From NCBI RefSeq assembly GCF_009914755.1, contig NC_060939.1: DNA of 64,000 nucleotides, one strand, 5' to 3'. The notes beneath the pieces were generated by a model. That model did not search any database. It was not told the origin of the DNA and saw only the letters and a list, made by a program, of their open reading frames with translations. Every line of letters starts with the position of its first letter. Positions within the stretch are counted from its first letter, which is position 1. Both the position numbers and the translations under genes were made by a program. Source of the stretch: the human T2T-CHM13v2.0 reference genome, Homo sapiens. Below are positions 28,301 to 43,300 of the stretch, piece after piece.

Positions 28301-31300
28301 TCTCAGAATGCTTCTGTGTAGTTTTTATGTGAAGATATTTGTTTTTCCACAGTAGGCCCCAAAGAGCTCCAAATATTCACTTGCAGATTCTACAAAAAGA
28401 GTGTTCCAAAACTGCTCAATCATGAAATAGGATCAACCCTGTGAGATGAATGTACGTATGACAGAGAAGTTTCTCAGAATGCTTCTGTGTAGTTTTTATG
28501 CGAAGATATTCGACTTTCCACAGTACGCCTCAAAGTTCTCCAATTATCCACTCGTAGATCCTGCAAAAAGAGAGATTCAAAACTGCTCAATCAAAAGATA
28601 GTTTCTACTCCATTAGCTGAAAGACCACATCACAAAAAAAGTTTCTCAGGATGCTTCTGTGTAGTTTTTATGTGAAGATATTTGGTTTTCCACAGTAGGC
28701 CTCAAAGCGCTCCAAATATCCACTCACAGATTCTGCAAAAAGAGAGATTCAAAACTGCTGAATCAAAAGACAGTTTCAACTCTGTGACTTCAGTGCACAC
28801 CTCACAAGGATGTTTCTCAGAATGCTTCTGTGTAGTTTTTATATAAAGATATCTCCTTCTCCAAAATGGATCTCAAAGTTCTCCAAATATTCACTTCCAG
28901 ATTCTATGGAAAGATTGTCTCAAAACTGCTCAATCAAACCAAAGGTTCAACTCTGTGAGATGAATGCCCACATCACAAAGAAGTTTCTCAGAGTACTTCT
29001 GTGTAGTTTCTATTTGAGGATAGTTCCTTTTCCACCACAGACCAGAAAGGGCTCCAAATATCCATTGCAGATGGTACAAAAAGTGAGATTCAAAACTGCT
29101 CAATCCAAAGGTAGTTTCAACCATGTGATATGAATGCACACAGCACAGAGAATTTTCTCAAAATGCGTCTGTCTAGTTTTTATTTGAAGATATTTCCTTT
29201 TCTACCATAGGCCACAAACGTCTCCAAATATCCACATGCAGCTTCTACAAAAAGAGAGATTCAAAACTTCTCAATCAAAAGATAGGTTCAACTCTGTGAG
29301 TTGAAAGCACACCTCACAGAGAAGTTTCTCAGAGTGCTTCTGTGTGTTTTTATGTGAAGATATTTCCTTTTCCACAATAGGCCTCAAAGCTCTCCAAATA
29401 TCTGCGAGCAGAGTCTACAAAATGAGAGATTCAAAACTGCTCAATGAAAAGATAGGTTCAACTCTGTGAGTTGAATGCACACCTCCAAAGAAGTTTCTCA
29501 GAATGCTTCCGTGTAGTTTTTATGTGAAGATATTTACTTTTCCACAGTTGTCCCAAAGCTCTAAAATGTCCACTTGCAGACCCTCCAAAAGAGTGTTTCA
29601 GAATTGCTCAATCAAAGGGAAGGTTCAATTCTGTGTGACCAATGCACTCATCACAAAGAAGTTTGTCTGAATGCTTCTGTGTAGAATTGATTTGAAGATA
29701 ATTCCTTTTCCACCACAGTCCGCAAAGGGCTAAAAATATCCACTTGCCGATTCCACAAAAAGAGAGATTCAAAACTGCTCAATCACAAGATAGGTTCAAC
29801 TTGGTAATTGGAAAGCACACATGACAAACAGTTTCTGAGAATGATTCTGTGTAGTTTTTAAGGGAAGATATTTGATTTTCAAATGTAGGCCTCAAATCGC
29901 TCCAAATATCCACTTGCATATTGTACAAAAAGAGAGATTCAAAACTGGTCACTCAAAAGTTAGGTCCAGCTCTGTGAGCTGAATGCACACATCACAAAGA
30001 TGTTTCTCAGAAGGTTTCTGTATAGTTTCTATATGAAGATATTGGCTTTTCCACAATATGCCTCAAATCTCCCCAATTATCCACTTGCAGATTCTAGAAA
30101 AAGAGTGTTTCAAAACAGCTCAATCAAAATAAACTTTCAACTCTGTGAGATCAATGCACACATCACAAAGAAGTTTCTCAGAATGCTTCTGTGTAGTTTT
30201 TTTTGTGAAGATATTTGATTTTCCACAGCAGGCTTCCAAGCACTCCAAATATCCACTCGCAGATTCTGCAAAAAGAGAGATTCAAATCTGCTGAATCAAA
30301 AGATAGGTTTAACTCTGTGACTTCAATGCACACCTCACAAGGGTGTTTCTCAGAAAGCTTCTGTGTAGTTTTTATATGAAGATATCTCCTTCTCCAAAGC
30401 AGGTCTCAAAGCCCTCCAAATATTCACTTCAAGATTCTACGGAAAGATTGTCTCAACACTGCTAAATCTAAACAAATGTTCAACTCTGTGTGATGAATGC
30501 ACTCATCACAGAGAAGTTTCTCTGAATGCCTCTGTGTAGTTTTTATTTGAAGATATTTGCTTTTCCAGTATAGGGCGAAATAGGGCTCCAAATATTCACT
30601 TGCAGATTCTACAAAAGGAGAGATTCCAAACTGCTCAATCAAAACATAGGTTCAACACTGTGAGTTGAATGCACACATCACAAAGAAGTTTCACAGAGTG
30701 CTTCTGGGTAGTTTTTATTTGAGGATATTTCCCTTTCCACAATAGGCCTCAAAGCTTTCCAAATATCCACTTGCAGATTCTGCAAAAAGAGAGATACAAA
30801 ACTGCTCTATCAAAAGATAGATTCGACTCTGTGAGTTGAATGCCAACATCGCAAAGAAGTTTCTCAGAATGCTTCTCTGCAGCTTTCTTGTGAGTATGTT
30901 TCGTTTTCCACCATAGGGCGAAATGGGGCTCCAAATATCCACTTGCATTTCCTACAAAAAGAGAGATTCTAAGCTGCTCAATCAAAACATTGTTTCAACA
31001 CGGTTAGTTGAATGCACACATCCCAAAGATGTTTTTCAGAGTGCTTCTGTGTGGTTTTTATGTGAAGATACTTCCTTTTCCACAATAGGCCTCAAATCTC
31101 TGTAAATATCCACTTGCAGACTCTACAAAGAGTGTTTCCAAACTCCTCAATCATAAGATAGGTTCAACTCCGATAGTTGAATGCACACATCACAAAGAAG
31201 TTTCTCGGAAAGCTTCTGTGTAGTTTTTGATGAAGATATCTTCTTCTCTAAAACAGAACTCCAAGCCCTCCAAATATTCACTTCAAGATTCTACGGAAAG

Positions 31301-34300
31301 ATTGTCTCAAACTGCTAAATCAAAACAAAGGTTCAACTCTGTGTGATGAATGCATTCATCACAAAGAAGTTTCTCTGAGTGCTTCTGTGCAGTTTTTATT
31401 TGAAGATAATTGCTTTTCCAGTATAGGGCGAAATAGGGCTCCAAATATTCACTTGCAGATTCTACAGAAAGAGAGATTCCAAACTGCTCAATCAAAACAT
31501 AGGTTCAACACTGTGAGTTGAATGCATACATCGCAAAGAAGTTTCACAGAGTACTTCTGGGTGGTTTTTATTTGAAGATATTTCCCTTTCCACAATAGGC
31601 CTCAAAGCTTTCCAAATGTCCACTTGCAGATTCCACCAAAAGAGTGTTTCGAAACTGCTCAATCAAAAGAAAGGTTCTACTCTGTGGGATGAATGCACAC
31701 ATCACAAAGTAGTTTCTCAGAATGCTTCTGTGTAGTTTTTATGTGAAGATATTTGTTTTTCCACAGTAGGCCCCAAAGAGCTCCAAATATTCACTTGCAG
31801 ATTCTACAAAAAGAGTGTTCCAAAACTGCTCAATCATGAAATAGGATCAACCCTGTGAGATGAATGTATGTATGACAGAGAAGTTTCTCAGAATGCTTCT
31901 GTGTAGTTTTTATGCGAAGATATTCGACTTTCCACAGTACGCCTCAAAGTTCTCCAATTATCCACTCGTAGATCCTGCAAAAAGAGAGATTCAAAACTGC
32001 TCAATCAAAAGATAGTTTCTACTCCATTAGCTGAAAGACCACATCACAAAAAAAGTTTCTCAGGATGCTTCTGTGTAGTTTTTATGTGAAGATATTTGGT
32101 TTTCCACAGTAGGCCTCAAAGCGCTCCAAATATCCACTCACAGATTCTGCAAAAAGAGAGATTCAAAACTGCTGAATCAAAAGACAGTTTCAACTCTGTG
32201 ACTTCAGTGCACACCTCACAAGGATGTTTCTCAGAATGCTTCTGTGTAGTTTTTATATAAAGATATCTCCTTCTCCAAAATGGATCTCAAAGTTCTCCAA
32301 ATATTCACTTCCAGATTCTATGGAAAGATTGTCTCAAAACTGCTCAATCAAACCAAAGGTTCAACTCTGTGAGATGAATGCCCACATCACAAAGAAGTTT
32401 CTCAGAGTACTTCTGTGTAGTTTCTATTTGAGGATAGTTCCTTTTCCACCACAGACCAGAAAGGGCTCCAAATATCCATTGCAGATGGTACAAAAAGTGA
32501 GATTCAAAACTGCTCAATCCAAAGGTAGTTTCAACCATGTGATATGAATGCACACAGCACAGAGAATTTTCTCAAAATGCGTCTGTCTAGTTTTTATTTG
32601 AAGATATTTCCTTTTCTACCATAGGCCACAAACGTCTCCAAATATCCACATGCAGCTTCTACAAAAAGAGAGATTCAAAACTTCTCAATCAAAAGATAGG
32701 TTCAACTCTGTGAGTTGAAAGCACACCTCACAGAGAAGTTTCTCAGAGTGCTTCTGTGTGTTTTTATGTGAAGATATTTCCTTTTCCACAATAGGCCTCA
32801 AAGCTCTCCAAATATCTGCGAGCAGAGTCTACAAAATGAGAGATTCAAAACTGCTCAATGAAAAGATAGGTTCAACTCTGTGAGTTGAATGCACACCTCC
32901 AAAGAAGTTTCTCAGAATGCTTCCGTGTAGTTTTTATGTGAAGATATTTACTTTTCCACAGTTGTCCCAAAGCTCTAAAATGTCCACTTGCAGACCCTCC
33001 AAAAGAGTGTTTCAGAATTGCTCAATCAAAGGGAAGGTTCAATTCTGTGTGACCAATGCACTCATCACAAAGAAGTTTGTCTGAATGCTTCTGTGTAGAA
33101 TTGATTTGAAGATAATTCCTTTTCCACCACAGTCCGCAAAGGGCTAAAAATATCCACTTGCCGATTCCACAAAAAGAGAGATTCAAAACTGCTCAATCAC
33201 AAGATAGGTTCAACTTGGTAATTGGAAAGCACACATGACAAACAGTTTCTGAGAATGATTCTGTGTAGTTTTTAAGGGAAGATATTTGATTTTCAAATGT
33301 AGGCCTCAAATCGCTCCAAATATCCACTTGCATATTGTACAAAAAGAGAGATTCAAAACTGGTCACTCAAAAGTTAGGTCCAGCTCTGTGAGCTGAATGC
33401 ACACATCACAAAGATGTTTCTCAGAAGGTTTCTGTATAGTTTCTATATGAAGATATTGGCTTTTCCACAATATGCCTCAAATCTCCCCAATTATCCACTT
33501 GCAGATTCTAGAAAAAGAGTGTTTCAAAACAGCTCAATCAAAATAAACTTTCAACTCTGTGAGATCAATGCACACATCACAAAGAAGTTTCTCAGAATGC
33601 TTCTGTGTAGTTTTTTTTGTGAAGATATTTGATTTTCCACAGCAGGCTTCCAAGCACTCCAAATATCCACTCGCAGATTCTGCAAAAAGAGAGATTCAAA
33701 TCTGCTGAATCAAAAGATAGGTTTAACTCTGTGACTTCAATGCACACCTCACAAGGGTGTTTCTCAGAAAGCTTCTGTGTAGTTTTTATATGAAGATATC
33801 TCCTTCTCCAAAGCAGGTCTCAAAGCCCTCCAAATATTCACTTCAAGATTCTACGGAAAGATTGTCTCAACACTGCTAAATCTAAACAAATGTTCAACTC
33901 TGTGTGATGAATGCACTCATCACAGAGAAGTTTCTCTGAATGCCTCTGTGTAGTTTTTATTTGAAGATATTTGCTTTTCCAGTATAGGGCGAAATAGGGC
34001 TCCAAATATTCACTTGCAGATTCTACAAAAGGAGAGATTCCAAACTGCTCAATCAAAACATAGGTTCAACACTGTGAGTTGAATGCACACATCACAAAGA
34101 AGTTTCACAGAGTGCTTCTGGGTAGTTTTTATTTGAGGATATTTCCCTTTCCACAATAGGCCTCAAAGCTTTCCAAATATCCACTTGCAGATTCTGCAAA
34201 AAGAGAGATACAAAACTGCTCTATCAAAAGATAGATTCGACTCTGTGAGTTGAATGCCAACATCGCAAAGAAGTTTCTCAGAATGCTTCTCTGCAGCTTT

Positions 34301-37300
34301 CTTGTGAGTATGTTTCGTTTTCCACCATAGGGCGAAATGGGGCTCCAAATATCCACTTGCATTTCCTACAAAAAGAGAGATTCTAAGCTGCTCAATCAAA
34401 ACATTGTTTCAACACGGTTAGTTGAATGCACACATCCCAAAGATGTTTTTCAGAGTGCTTCTGTGTGGTTTTTATGTGAAGATACTTCCTTTTCCACAAT
34501 AGGCCTCAAATCTCTGTAAATATCCACTTGCAGACTCTACAAAGAGTGTTTCCAAACTCCTCAATCATAAGATAGGTTCAACTCCGATAGTTGAATGCAC
34601 ACATCACAAAGAAGTTTCTCGGAAAGCTTCTGTGTAGTTTTTGATGAAGATATCTTCTTCTCTAAAACAGAACTCCAAGCCCTCCAAATATTCACTTCAA
34701 GATTCTACGGAAAGATTGTCTCAAACTGCTAAATCAAAACAAAGGTTCAACTCTGTGTGATGAATGCATTCATCACAAAGAAGTTTCTCTGAGTGCTTCT
34801 GTGCAGTTTTTATTTGAAGATAATTGCTTTTCCAGTATAGGGCGAAATAGGGCTCCAAATATTCACTTGCAGATTCTACAGAAAGAGAGATTCCAAACTG
34901 CTCAATCAAAACATAGGTTCAACACTGTGAGTTGAATGCATACATCGCAAAGAAGTTTCACAGAGTACTTCTGGGTGGTTTTTATTTGAAGATATTTCCC
35001 TTTCCACAATAGGCCTCAAAGCTTTCCAAATGTCCACTTGCAGATTCCACCAAAAGAGTGTTTCGAAACTGCTCAATCAAAAGAAAGGTTCTACTCTGTG
35101 GGATGAATGCACACATCACAAAGTAGTTTCTCAGAATGCTTCTGTGTAGTTTTTATGTGAAGATATTTGTTTTTCCACAGTAGGCCCCAAAGAGCTCCAA
35201 ATATTCACTTGCAGATTCTACAAAAAGAGTGTTCCAAAACTGCTCAATCATGAAATAGGATCAACCCTGTGAGATGAATGTACGTATGACAGAGAAGTTT
35301 CTCAGAATGCTTCTGTGTAGTTTTTATGCGAAGATATTCGACTTTCCACAGTACGCCTCAAAGTTCTCCAATTATCCACTCGTAGATCCTGCAAAAAGAG
35401 AGATTCAAAACTGCTCAATCAAAACATAGTTTCTACTCCATTAGCTGAAAGACCACATCACAAAAAAAGTTTCTCAGGATGCTTCTGTGTAGTTTTTATG
35501 TGAAGATATTTGGTTTTCCACAGTAGGCCTCAAAGCGCTCCAAATATCCACTCACAGATTCTGCAAAAAGAGAGATTCAAAACTGCTGAATCAAAAGACA
35601 GTTTCAACTCTGTGACTTCAGTGCACACCTCACAAGGATGTTTCTCAGAATGCTTCTGTGTAGTTTTTATATAAAGATATCTCCTTCTCCAAAATGGATC
35701 TCAAAGTTCTCCAAATATTCACTTCCAGATTCTATGGAAAGATTGTCTCAAAACTGCTCAATCAAACCAAAGGTTCAACTCTGTGAGATGAATGCCCACA
35801 TCACAAAGAAGTTTCTCAGAGTACTTCTGTGTAGTTTCTATTTGAGGATAGTTCCTTTTCCACCACAGACCAGAAAGGGCTCCAAATATCCATTGCAGAT
35901 GGTACAAAAAGTGAGATTCAAAACTGCTCAATCCAAAGGTAGTTTCAACCATGTGATATGAATGCACACAGCACAGAGAATTTTCTCAAAATGCGTCTGT
36001 CTAGTTTTTATTTGAAGATATTTCCTTTTCTACCATAGGCCACAAACGTCTCCAAATATCCACATGCAGCTTCTACAAAAAGAGAGATTCAAAACTTCTC
36101 AATCAAAAGATAGGTTCAACTCTGTGAGTTGAAAGCACACCTCACAAAGAAGTTTCTCAGAGTGCTTCTGTGTGTTTTTATGTGAAGATATTTCCTTTTC
36201 CACAATAGGCCTCAAAGCTCTCCAAATATCTGCGAGCAGAGTCTACAAAATGAGAGATTCAAAACTGCTCAATGAAAAGATAGGTTCAACTCTGTGAGTT
36301 GAATGCACACCTCCAAAGAAGTTTCTCAGAATGCTTCCGTGTAGTTTTTATGTGAAGATATTTACTTTTCCACAGTTGTCCCAAAGCTCTAAAATGTCCA
36401 CTTGCAGACCCTCCAAAAGAGTGTTTCAGAATTGCTCAATCAAAGGGAAGGTTCAATTCTGTGTGACCAATGCACTCATCACAAAGAAGTTTGTCTGAAT
36501 GCTTCTGTGTAGAATTGATTTGAAGATAATTCCTTTTCCACCACAGTCCGCAAAGGGCTAAAAATATCCACTTGCCGATTCCACAAAAAGAGAGATTCAA
36601 AACTGCTCAATCACAAGATAGGTTCAACTTGGTAATTGGAAAGCACACATGACAAACAATTTCTGAGAATGTTTCTGTGTAGTTTTTAAGGGAAGATATT
36701 TGATTTTCAAATGTAGGCCTCAAATCGCTCCAAATATCCACTTGCATATTGTACAAAAAGAGAGATTCAAAACTGGTCACTCAAAAGTTAGGTCCAGCTC
36801 TGTGAGCTGAATGCACACATCACAAAGATGTTTCTCAGAAGGTTTCTGTATAGTTTCTATATGAAGATATTGGCTTTTCCACAATATGCCTCAAATCTCC
36901 CCAATTATCCACTTGCAGATTCTAGAAAAAGAGTGTTTCAAAACAGCTCAATCAAAATAAACTTTCAACTCTGTGAGATCAATGCACACATCACAAAGAA
37001 GTTTCTCAGAATGCTTCTGTGTAGTTTTTTTTGTGAAGATATTTGATTTTCCACAGCAGGCTTCCAAGCACTCCAAATATCCACTCGCAGATTCTGCAAA
37101 AAGAGAGATTCAAATCTGCTGAATCAAAAGATAGGTTTAACTCTGTGACTTCAATGCACACCTCACAAGGGTGTTTCTCAGAAAGCTTCTGTGTAGTTTT
37201 TATATGAAGATATCTCCTTCTCCAAAGCAGGTCTCAAAGCCCTCCAAATATTCACTTCAAGATTCTACGGAAAGATTGTCTCAACACTGCTAAATCTAAA

Positions 37301-40300
37301 CAAATGTTCAACTCTGTGTGATGAATGCACTCATCACAGAGAAGTTTCTCTGAATGCCTCTGTGTAGTTTTTATTTGAAGATATTTGCTTTTCCAGTATA
37401 GGGCGAAATAGGGCTCCAAATATTCACTTGCAGATTCTACAAAAGGAGAGATTCCAAACTGCTCAATCAAAACATAGGTTCAACACTGTGAGTTGAATGC
37501 ACACATCACAAAGAAGTTTCACAGAGTGCTTCTGGGTAGTTTTTATTTGAGGATATTTCCCTTTCCACAATAGGCCTCAAAGCTTTCCAAATATCCACTT
37601 GCAGATTCTGCAAAAAGAGAGATACAAAACTGCTCTATCAAAAGATAGATTCGACTCTGTGAGTTGAATGCCAACATCGCAAAGAAGTTTCTCAGAATGC
37701 TTCTCTGCAGCTTTCTTGTGAGTATGTTTCGTTTTCCACCATAGGGCGAAATGGGGCTCCAAATATCCACTTGCATTTCCTACAAAAAGAGAGATTCTAA
37801 GCTGCTCAATCAAAACATTGTTTCAACACGGTTAGTTGAATGCACACATCCCAAAGATGTTTTTCAGAGTGCTTCTGTGTGGTTTTTATGTGAAGATACT
37901 TCCTTTTCCACAATAGGCCTCAAATCTCTTTAAATATCCACTTGCAGACTCTACAAAGAGTGTTTCCAAACTCCTCAATCATAAGATAGGTTCAACTCCG
38001 ATAGTTGAATGCACACATCACAAAGAAGTTTCTCGGAAAGCTTCTGTGTAGTTTTTGATGAAGATATCTTCTTCTCTAAAACAGAACTCCAAGCCCTCCA
38101 AATATTCACTTCAAGATTCTACGGAAAGATTGTCTCAAACTGCTAAATCAAAACAAAGGTTCAACTCTGTGTGATGAATGCATTCATCACAAAGAAGTTT
38201 CTCTGAGTGCTTCTGTGCAGTTTTTATTTGAAGATAATTGCTTTTCCAGTATAGGGCGAAATAGGGCTCCAAATATTCACTTGCAGATTCTACAGAAAGA
38301 GAGATTCCAAACTGCTCAATCAAAACATAGGTTCAACACTGTGAGTTGAATGCATACATCGCAAAGAAGTTTCACAGAGTACTTCTGGGTGGTTTTTATT
38401 TGAAGATATTTCCCTTTCCACAATAGGCCTCAAAGCTTTCCAAATGTCCACTTGCAGATTCCACCAAAAGAGTGTTTCGAAACTGCTCAATCAAAAGAAA
38501 GGTTCTACTCTGTGGGATGAATGCACACATCACAAAGTAGTTTCTCAGAATGCTTCTGTGTAGTTTTTATGTGAAGATATTTGTTTTTCCACAGTAGGCC
38601 CCAAAGAGCTCCAAATATTCACTTGCAGATTCTACAAAAAGAGTGTTCCAAAACTGCTCAATCATGAAATAGGATCAACCCTGTGAGATGAATGTACGTA
38701 TGACAGAGAAGTTTCTCAGAATGCTTCTGTGTAGTTTTTATGCGAAGATATTCGACTTTCCACAGTACGCCTCAAAGTTCTCCAATTATCCACTCGTAGA
38801 TCCTGCAAAAAGAGAGATTCAAAACTGCTCAATCAAAAGATAGTTTCTACTCCATTAGCTGAAAGACCACATCACAAAAAAAGTTTCTCAGGATGCTTCT
38901 GTGTAGTTTTTATGTGAAGATATTTGGTTTTCCACAGTAGGCCTCAAAGCGCTCCAAATATCCACTCACAGATTCTGCAAAAAGAGAGATTCAAAACTGC
39001 TGAATCAAAAGACAGTTTCAACTCTGTGACTTCAGTGCACACCTCACAAGGATGTTTCTCAGAATGCTTCTGTGTAGTTTTTATATAAAGATATCTCCTT
39101 CTCCAAAATGGATCTCAAAGTTCTCCAAATATTCACTTCCAGATTCTATGGAAAGATTGTCTCAAAACTGCTCAATCAAACCAAAGGTTCAACTCTGTGA
39201 GATGAATGCCCACATCACAAAGAAGTTTCTCAGAGTACTTCTGTGTAGTTTCTATTTGAGGATAGTTCCTTTTCCACCACAGACCAGAAAGGGCTCCAAA
39301 TATCCATTGCAGATGGTACAAAAAGTGAGATTCAAAACTGCTCAATCCAAAGGTAGTTTCAACCATGTGATATGAATGCACACAGCACAGAGAATTTTCT
39401 CAAAATGCGTCTGTCTAGTTTTTATTTGAAGATATTTCCTTTTCTACCATAGGCCACAAACCTCTCCAAATATCCACATGCAGCTTCTACAAAAAGAGAG
39501 ATTCAAAACTTCTCAATCAAAAGATAGGTTCAACTCTGTGAGTTGAAAGCACACCTCACAAAGAAGTTTCTCAGAGTGCTTCTGTGTGTTTTTATGTGAA
39601 GATATTTCCTTTTCCACAATAGGCCTCAAAGCTCTCCAAATATCTGCGAGCAGAGTCTACAAAATGAGAGATTCAAAACTGCTCAATGAAAAGATAGGTT
39701 CAACTCTGTGAGTTGAATGCACACCTCCAAAGAAGTTTCTCAGAATGCTTCCGTGTAGTTTTTATGTGAAGATATTTACTTTTCCACAGTTGTCCCAAAG
39801 CTCTAAAATGTCCACTTGCAGACCCTCCAAAAGAGTGTTTCAGAATTGCTCAATCAAAGGGAAGGTTCAATTCTGTGTGACCAATGCACTCATCACAAAG
39901 AAGTTTGTCTGAATGCTTCTGTGTAGAATTGATTTGAAGATAATTCCTTTTCCACCACAGTCCGCAAAGGGCTAAAAATATCCACTTGCCGATTCCACAA
40001 AAAGAGAGATTCAAAACTGCTCAATCACAAGATAGGTTCAACTTGGTAATTGGAAAGCACACATGACAAACAATTTCTGAGAATGTTTCTGTGTAGTTTT
40101 TAAGGGAAGATATTTGATTTTCAAATGTAGGCCTCAAATCGCTCCAAATATCCACTTGCATATTGTACAAAAAGAGAGATTCAAAACTGGTCACTCAAAA
40201 GTTAGGTCCAGCTCTGTGAGCTGAATGCACACATCACAAAGATGTTTCTCAGAAGGTTTCTGTATAGTTTCTATATGAAGATATTGGCTTTTCCACAATA

Positions 40301-43300
40301 TGCCTCAAATCTCCCCAATTATCCACTTGCAGATTCTAGAAAAAGAGTGTTTCAAAACAGCTCAATCAAAATAAACTTTCAACTCTGTGAGATCAATGCA
40401 CACATCACAAAGAAGTTTCTCAGAATGCTTCTGTGTAGTTTTTTTTGTGAAGATATTTGATTTTCCACAGCAGGCTTCCAAGCACTCCAAATATCCACTC
40501 GCAGATTCTGCAAAAAGAGAGATTCAAATCTGCTGAATCAAAAGATAGGTTTAACTCTGTGACTTCAATGCACACCTCACAAGGGTGTTTCTCAGAAAGC
40601 TTCTGTGTAGTTTTTATATGAAGATATCTCCTTCTCCAAAGCAGGTCTCAAAGCCCTCCAAATATTCACTTCAAGATTCTACGGAAAGATTGTCTCAACA
40701 CTGCTAAATCTAAACAAATGTTCAACTCTGTGTGATGAATGCACTCATCACAGAGAAGTTTCTCTGAATGCCTCTGTGTAGTTTTTATTTGAAGATATTT
40801 GCTTTTCCAGTATAGGGCGAAATAGGGCTCCAAATATTCACTTGCAGATTCTACAAAAGGAGAGATTCCAAACTGCTCAATCAAAACATAGGTTCAACAC
40901 TGTGAGTTGAATGCACACATCACAAAGAAGTTTCACAGAGTGCTTCTGGGTAGTTTTTATTTGAGGATATTTCCCTTTCCACAATAGGCCTCAAAGCTTT
41001 CCAAATATCCACTTGCAGATTCTGCAAAAAGAGAGATACAAAACTGCTCTATCAAAAGATAGATTCGACTCTGTGAGTTGAATGCCAACATCGCAAAGAA
41101 GTTTCTCAGAATGCTTCTCTGCAGCTTTTTTGTGAGTATGTTTCGTTTTCCACCATAGGGCGAAATGGGGCTCCAAATATCCACTTGCATTTCCTACAAA
41201 AAGAGAGATTCTAAGCTGCTCAATCAAAACATTGTTTCAACACGGTTAGTTGAATGCACACATCCCAAAGATGTTTTTCAGAGTGCTTCTGTGTGGTTTT
41301 TATGTGAAGATACTTCCTTTTCCACAATAGGCCTCAAATCTCTGTAAATATCCACTTGCAGACTCTACAAAGAGTGTTTCCAAACTCCTCAATCATAAGA
41401 TAGGTTCAACTCCGATAGTTGAATGCACACATCACAAAGAAGTTTCTCGGAAAGCTTCTGTGTAGTTTTTGATGAAGATATCTTCTTCTCTAAAACAGAA
41501 CTCCAAGCCCTCCAAATATTCACTTCAAGATTCTACGGAAAGATTGTCTCAAACTGCTAAATCAAAACAAAGGTTCAACTCTGTGTGATGAATGCATTCA
41601 TCACAAAGAAGTTTCTCTGAGTGCTTCTGTGCAGTTTTTATTTGAAGATAATTGCTTTTCCAGTATAGGGCGAAATAGGGCTCCAAATATTCACTTGCAG
41701 ATTCTACAGAAAGAGAGATTCCAAACTGCTCAATCAAAACATAGGTTCAACACTGTGAGTTGAATGCATACATCGCAAAGAAGTTTCACAGAGTACTTCT
41801 GGGTGGTTTTTATTTGAAGATATTTCCCTTTCCACAATAGGCCTCAAAGCTTTCCAAATGTCCACTTGCAGATTCCACCAAAAGAGTGTTTCGAAACTGC
41901 TCAATCAAAAGAAAGGTTCTACTCTGTGGGATGAATGCACACATCACAAAGTAGTTTCTCAGAATGCTTCTGTGTAGTTTTTATGTGAAGATATTTGTTT
42001 TTCCACAGTAGGCCCCAAAGAGCTCCAAATATTCACTTGCAGATTCTACAAAAAGAGTGTTCCAAAACTGCTCAATCATGAAATAGGATCAACCCTGTGA
42101 GATGAATGTACGTATGACAGAGAAGTTTCTCAGAATGCTTCTGTGTAGTTTTTATGCGAAGATATTCGACTTTCCACAGTACGCCTCAAAGTTCTCCAAT
42201 TATCCACTCGTAGATCCTGCAAAAAGAGAGATTCAAAACTGCTCAATCAAAAGATAGTTTCTACTCCATTAGCTGAAAGACCACATCACAAAAAAAGTTT
42301 CTCAGGATGCTTCTGTGTAGTTTTTATGTGAAGATATTTGGTTTTCCACAGTAGGCCTCAAAGCGCTCCAAATATCCACTCACAGATTCTGCAAAAAGAG
42401 AGATTCAAAACTGCTGAATCAAAAGACAGTTTCAACTCTGTGACTTCAGTGCACACCTCACAAGGATGTTTCTCAGAATGCTTCTGTGTAGTTTTTATAT
42501 AAAGATATCTCCTTCTCCAAAATGGATCTCAAAGTTCTCCAAATATTCACTTCCAGATTCTATGGAAAGATTGTCTCAAAACTGCTCAATCAAACCAAAG
42601 GTTCAACTCTGTGAGATGAATGCCCACATCACAAAGAAGTTTCTCAGAGTACTTCTGTGTAGTTTCTATTTGAGGATAGTTCCTTTTCCACCACAGACCA
42701 GAAAGGGCTCCAAATATCCATTGCAGATGGTACAAAAAGTGAGATTCAAAACTGCTCAATCCAAAGGTAGTTTCAACCATGTGATATGAATGCACACAGC
42801 ACAGAGAATTTTCTCAAAATGCGTCTGTCTAGTTTTTATTTGAAGATATTTCCTTTTCTACCATAGGCCACAAACCTCTCCAAATATCCACATGCAGCTT
42901 CTACAAAAAGAGAGATTCAAAACTTCTCAATCAAAAGATAGGTTCAACTCTGTGAGTTGAAAGCACACCTCACAGAGAAGTTTCTCAGAGTGCTTCTGTG
43001 TGTTTTTATGTGAAGATATTTCCTTTTCCACAATAGGCCTCAAAGCTCTCCAAATATCTGCGAGCAGAGTCTACAAAATGAGAGATTCAAAACTGCTCAA
43101 TGAAAAGATAGGTTCAACTCTGTGAGTTGAATGCACACCTCCAAAGAAGTTTCTCAGAATGCTTCCGTGTAGTTTTTATGTGAAGATATTTACTTTTCCA
43201 CAGTTGTCCCAAAGCTCTAAAATGTCCACTTGCAGACCCTCCAAAAGAGTGTTTCAGAATTGCTCAATCAAAGGGAAGGTTCAATTCTGTGTGACCAATG

